Of a stretch of 64,000 bases of DNA, positions 61,856 to 64,000 are shown piece by piece. This stretch comes from the human T2T-CHM13v2.0 reference genome, Homo sapiens, in assembly GCF_009914755.1 (NCBI RefSeq), contig NC_060925.1. One strand, 5' to 3'. The first letter of the stretch is position 1, and each line of letters opens with the position of its first letter. The position numbers and the translations under genes were made by a program. Under the pieces are notes generated by a model, which was not told the DNA's origin, did no database searches, and saw nothing but the letters and a program-made list of their open reading frames with translations.

Positions 61856-64000
61856 TGTACTAGTCTGTTTTCACACTGCATATAAAGACATACCTGAGAC
61901 TGGGTAATTTATGCAGGACAAAGAGTTTAATGGACTTAGAGTTCCACATGGCTAGGGAACCTCACAATCATGGCAGAAGGCAAGGAGGAGCAAGTCACAT
62001 CTTACATGGATGGCAGCAGGCAGAGAGAGAACTTGTGCAGGGAAACTCCCTCTTATAGAACCATCAGATCTCATGAGACTTATTCACTATCACAAGAACA
62101 GCACGGGAAAGACCTGACCCCATGATTCATTTACCTCCCACTGGGTCCCTCCCACAACACATGGGAATTCAAGATGAGATTTTGGTGGGGACACAGCCAA
62201 ACCACATCATTCCACCCCTGGACCCTCCCAAATCTCATGTCCCTTTCACATTTCAAAATCAATCATGCCTTCCCAACAGTCCCCCAACGTATTAATTGAT
62301 TTCAGCATTAACTCAAAAGTCCAAGACCAATATGACATCTAAGACAAGGCAAGTCCCTCTGCCTATGAGCCTGTAAAATAAAGAAACAAGTTAGTTACTT
62401 CCTAGATAGAACGAGAGTACAGGCATTGGGTAAATACAGCCATTCCAAATGGGAGAATTTGGCCAAAACAAAGTGGCTACAGGCCCCATGTGAGTCCAAA
62501 ATCCAGTAGGACACTTAAACCTCCAAAATTATCTCCTGTGACTTCATGTCTCACATCCAGGTCACACTGATACAAGGGGTGGGTTCCCATGGTCTTGGGA
62601 AACTTCACCCCATGGCTTTGCAGGGTACAGCCTCCCTCCCAGCTGCCTTCACAGGCTAGCATTGGATGTCTGTGGCTTTTCCAGGCACATGATGCAAGCT
62701 GTCAGTGGATCTACCATTCTGGGTTCTGGAGAACAGCGGCCCTCTTCTCACAGCTCCACTGGGTTGTGGCCCAGTAGGGCCTCTGTGTGGGGTCTCCAAC
62801 CCCATATTTCCCTTTGACACTGTCCTAGCAGAGGTTCTGCATGAGGACTCCGTCCCTACAGCAAACTTCTGCCTAGGCATCCAGGTGTTCCCATACATAT
62901 TCTGAAATCAAGGCAGAGATTCCCAAACCCCAATTCTTGACTTCTGTGCACTGACAAGCTCAACACCATGTGGAAGTTGCCAAGGCTTGGGGCTTGCACC
63001 CTCTGAAGGCACAGCCCAAGCCCTATGTTGGCCCCTTTCAGTCATGGCTGGAGTGACTGGGACTCAGGGCACCAAGTCCCTAGGCTGCACACAGCACAGG
63101 GACCCTGGGCCGGGCCCATGAAACCCCTTTTTCCTCCTAGGCCTCTGAGCCTGTGATAGGAGGGGCTGCTGTGAAGACCTCTGACACGCCCTGGAGACAT
63201 TTTCCCTATTGTCTTGAGGATTAACATTTGGCTCCTTGTTACTTATGCAAATTTCTGCAGCTGGCTTGAATTTCTCCTTAGAAAATGGGATTTTCTTTTC
63301 TATTACATTGTCAGGTTGCAAATTTTCCAAACTTTTATGCTCTGCTTCCCTTATAAAACTGAATGCCTTTAACAGCACCCAAGTCACCTCTTGAATGCTT
63401 TGCTGCTTAGAAATTTCTTCCACCAGATACCCTAAATCATATCTCGCAAGTTTAAAGTTCCACAAATCTCTAGGGCAGGGGCAAAATGCTACCAGTCTCT
63501 TTGCTAAAATGTTAAAAGTGTCACCTGTGCTCATCTCTCTCAAGTTCAACATTCCACAAATTTCTAGGACAGGGGCAAAATGCTGCCAGTTTCTTTGCTA
63601 AAACATAACAAGAGTCACTTTTGCTCCATTTTCTAACAAGTTCCTCATCTCCATCTGAGACCACCTCAGCCTGGATCTCATTATCCATATCATTATCAGC
63701 ATTGTGATCAAAGCCATTCAACAAGACTCTAGGAAGTTCCCAATTTTCCCACATTTTGCTGTCTGTTCCAACCTCTGCCTGTTACCCAGTTCCAAAGTCA
63801 CTTCCACATTTTTGGGTATCTTTCCAGCAGTACCCCACTCTACTGGTACCAATTTGCTGTATTAGTCTGTTTTCACACTGCTGATAAAGACATACCCGAG
63901 ACTGGGTAATTTATGCAGGAAAAAGGGTTTAACGAACTTACAGTTCCACATGGCTGGGGAGGCCTCACAGTCATGGAAGTAGGCAAGGAGGAGAAGTCAC
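61856..64000 (-). mobile_element. THE1A/B MaLR element: 3' LTR 61856-62209, internal region 62210-63857, 5' LTR from 63858 (truncated by window end)
   Basis: Both LTRs begin tgta(c/t)tagtctgttttcacactgc and share atttatgcagga; purine tract (reverse of ttccacccctgg) at 62210; internal start (reverse of tactggtaccaattt) at about 63841-63855. Confidence 0.95.
62477..63754 (-). pseudogene. Fragmented MaLR internal ORF remnant
   Basis: ORF-track peptides (MWENWELPRVLLNGFDHNADNDMDNE..., LAKRLVAFCPCPRDLWNF...) lie in THE1-int and are broken by frameshifts and stops. Confidence 0.75.

Overview
This is primate, very probably human, non-coding genomic DNA (intergenic or deep intronic). It is CpG-depleted, with no CpG island, no credible protein-coding exon and no recognisable RNA gene; the locus cannot be named from sequence alone. 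Interspersed repeats include AluS/AluJ/FLAM with clear target-site duplications, THE1 solo LTRs, a two-LTR THE1 element running off the right end, MLT1/MLT2/MER67-like LTRs, HAL1/L1/L2/MIR fragments, and MER2, MER20, MER5, MER53 and MADE1 DNA-transposon derivatives. Tandem repeats are unusually dense: a 2.7 kb TG/TGG array, TGTC, GATA, GGAT and purine tracts, and 27-, 30-, 35-, 37-40- and 54-bp minisatellites. Several repeat-free AT-rich islands carry homeodomain/TALE/TCF/SOX motifs and look like developmental enhancers. The long ORFs in the track are artefacts of simple repeats or LTR-element remnants. I found no demonstrable novel biological system. The best leads are a candidate cryptic exon directly behind the giant UG array, a VNTR made of overlapping RUNX/TEAD motifs, a hairpin-unit minisatellite, a fold-back Alu 3' end, a 5'-inverted L1 insertion and repeated birth of tandem repeats inside old elements. 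Repeat family names come from recalled consensus sequences, and boundaries of old elements are approximate.
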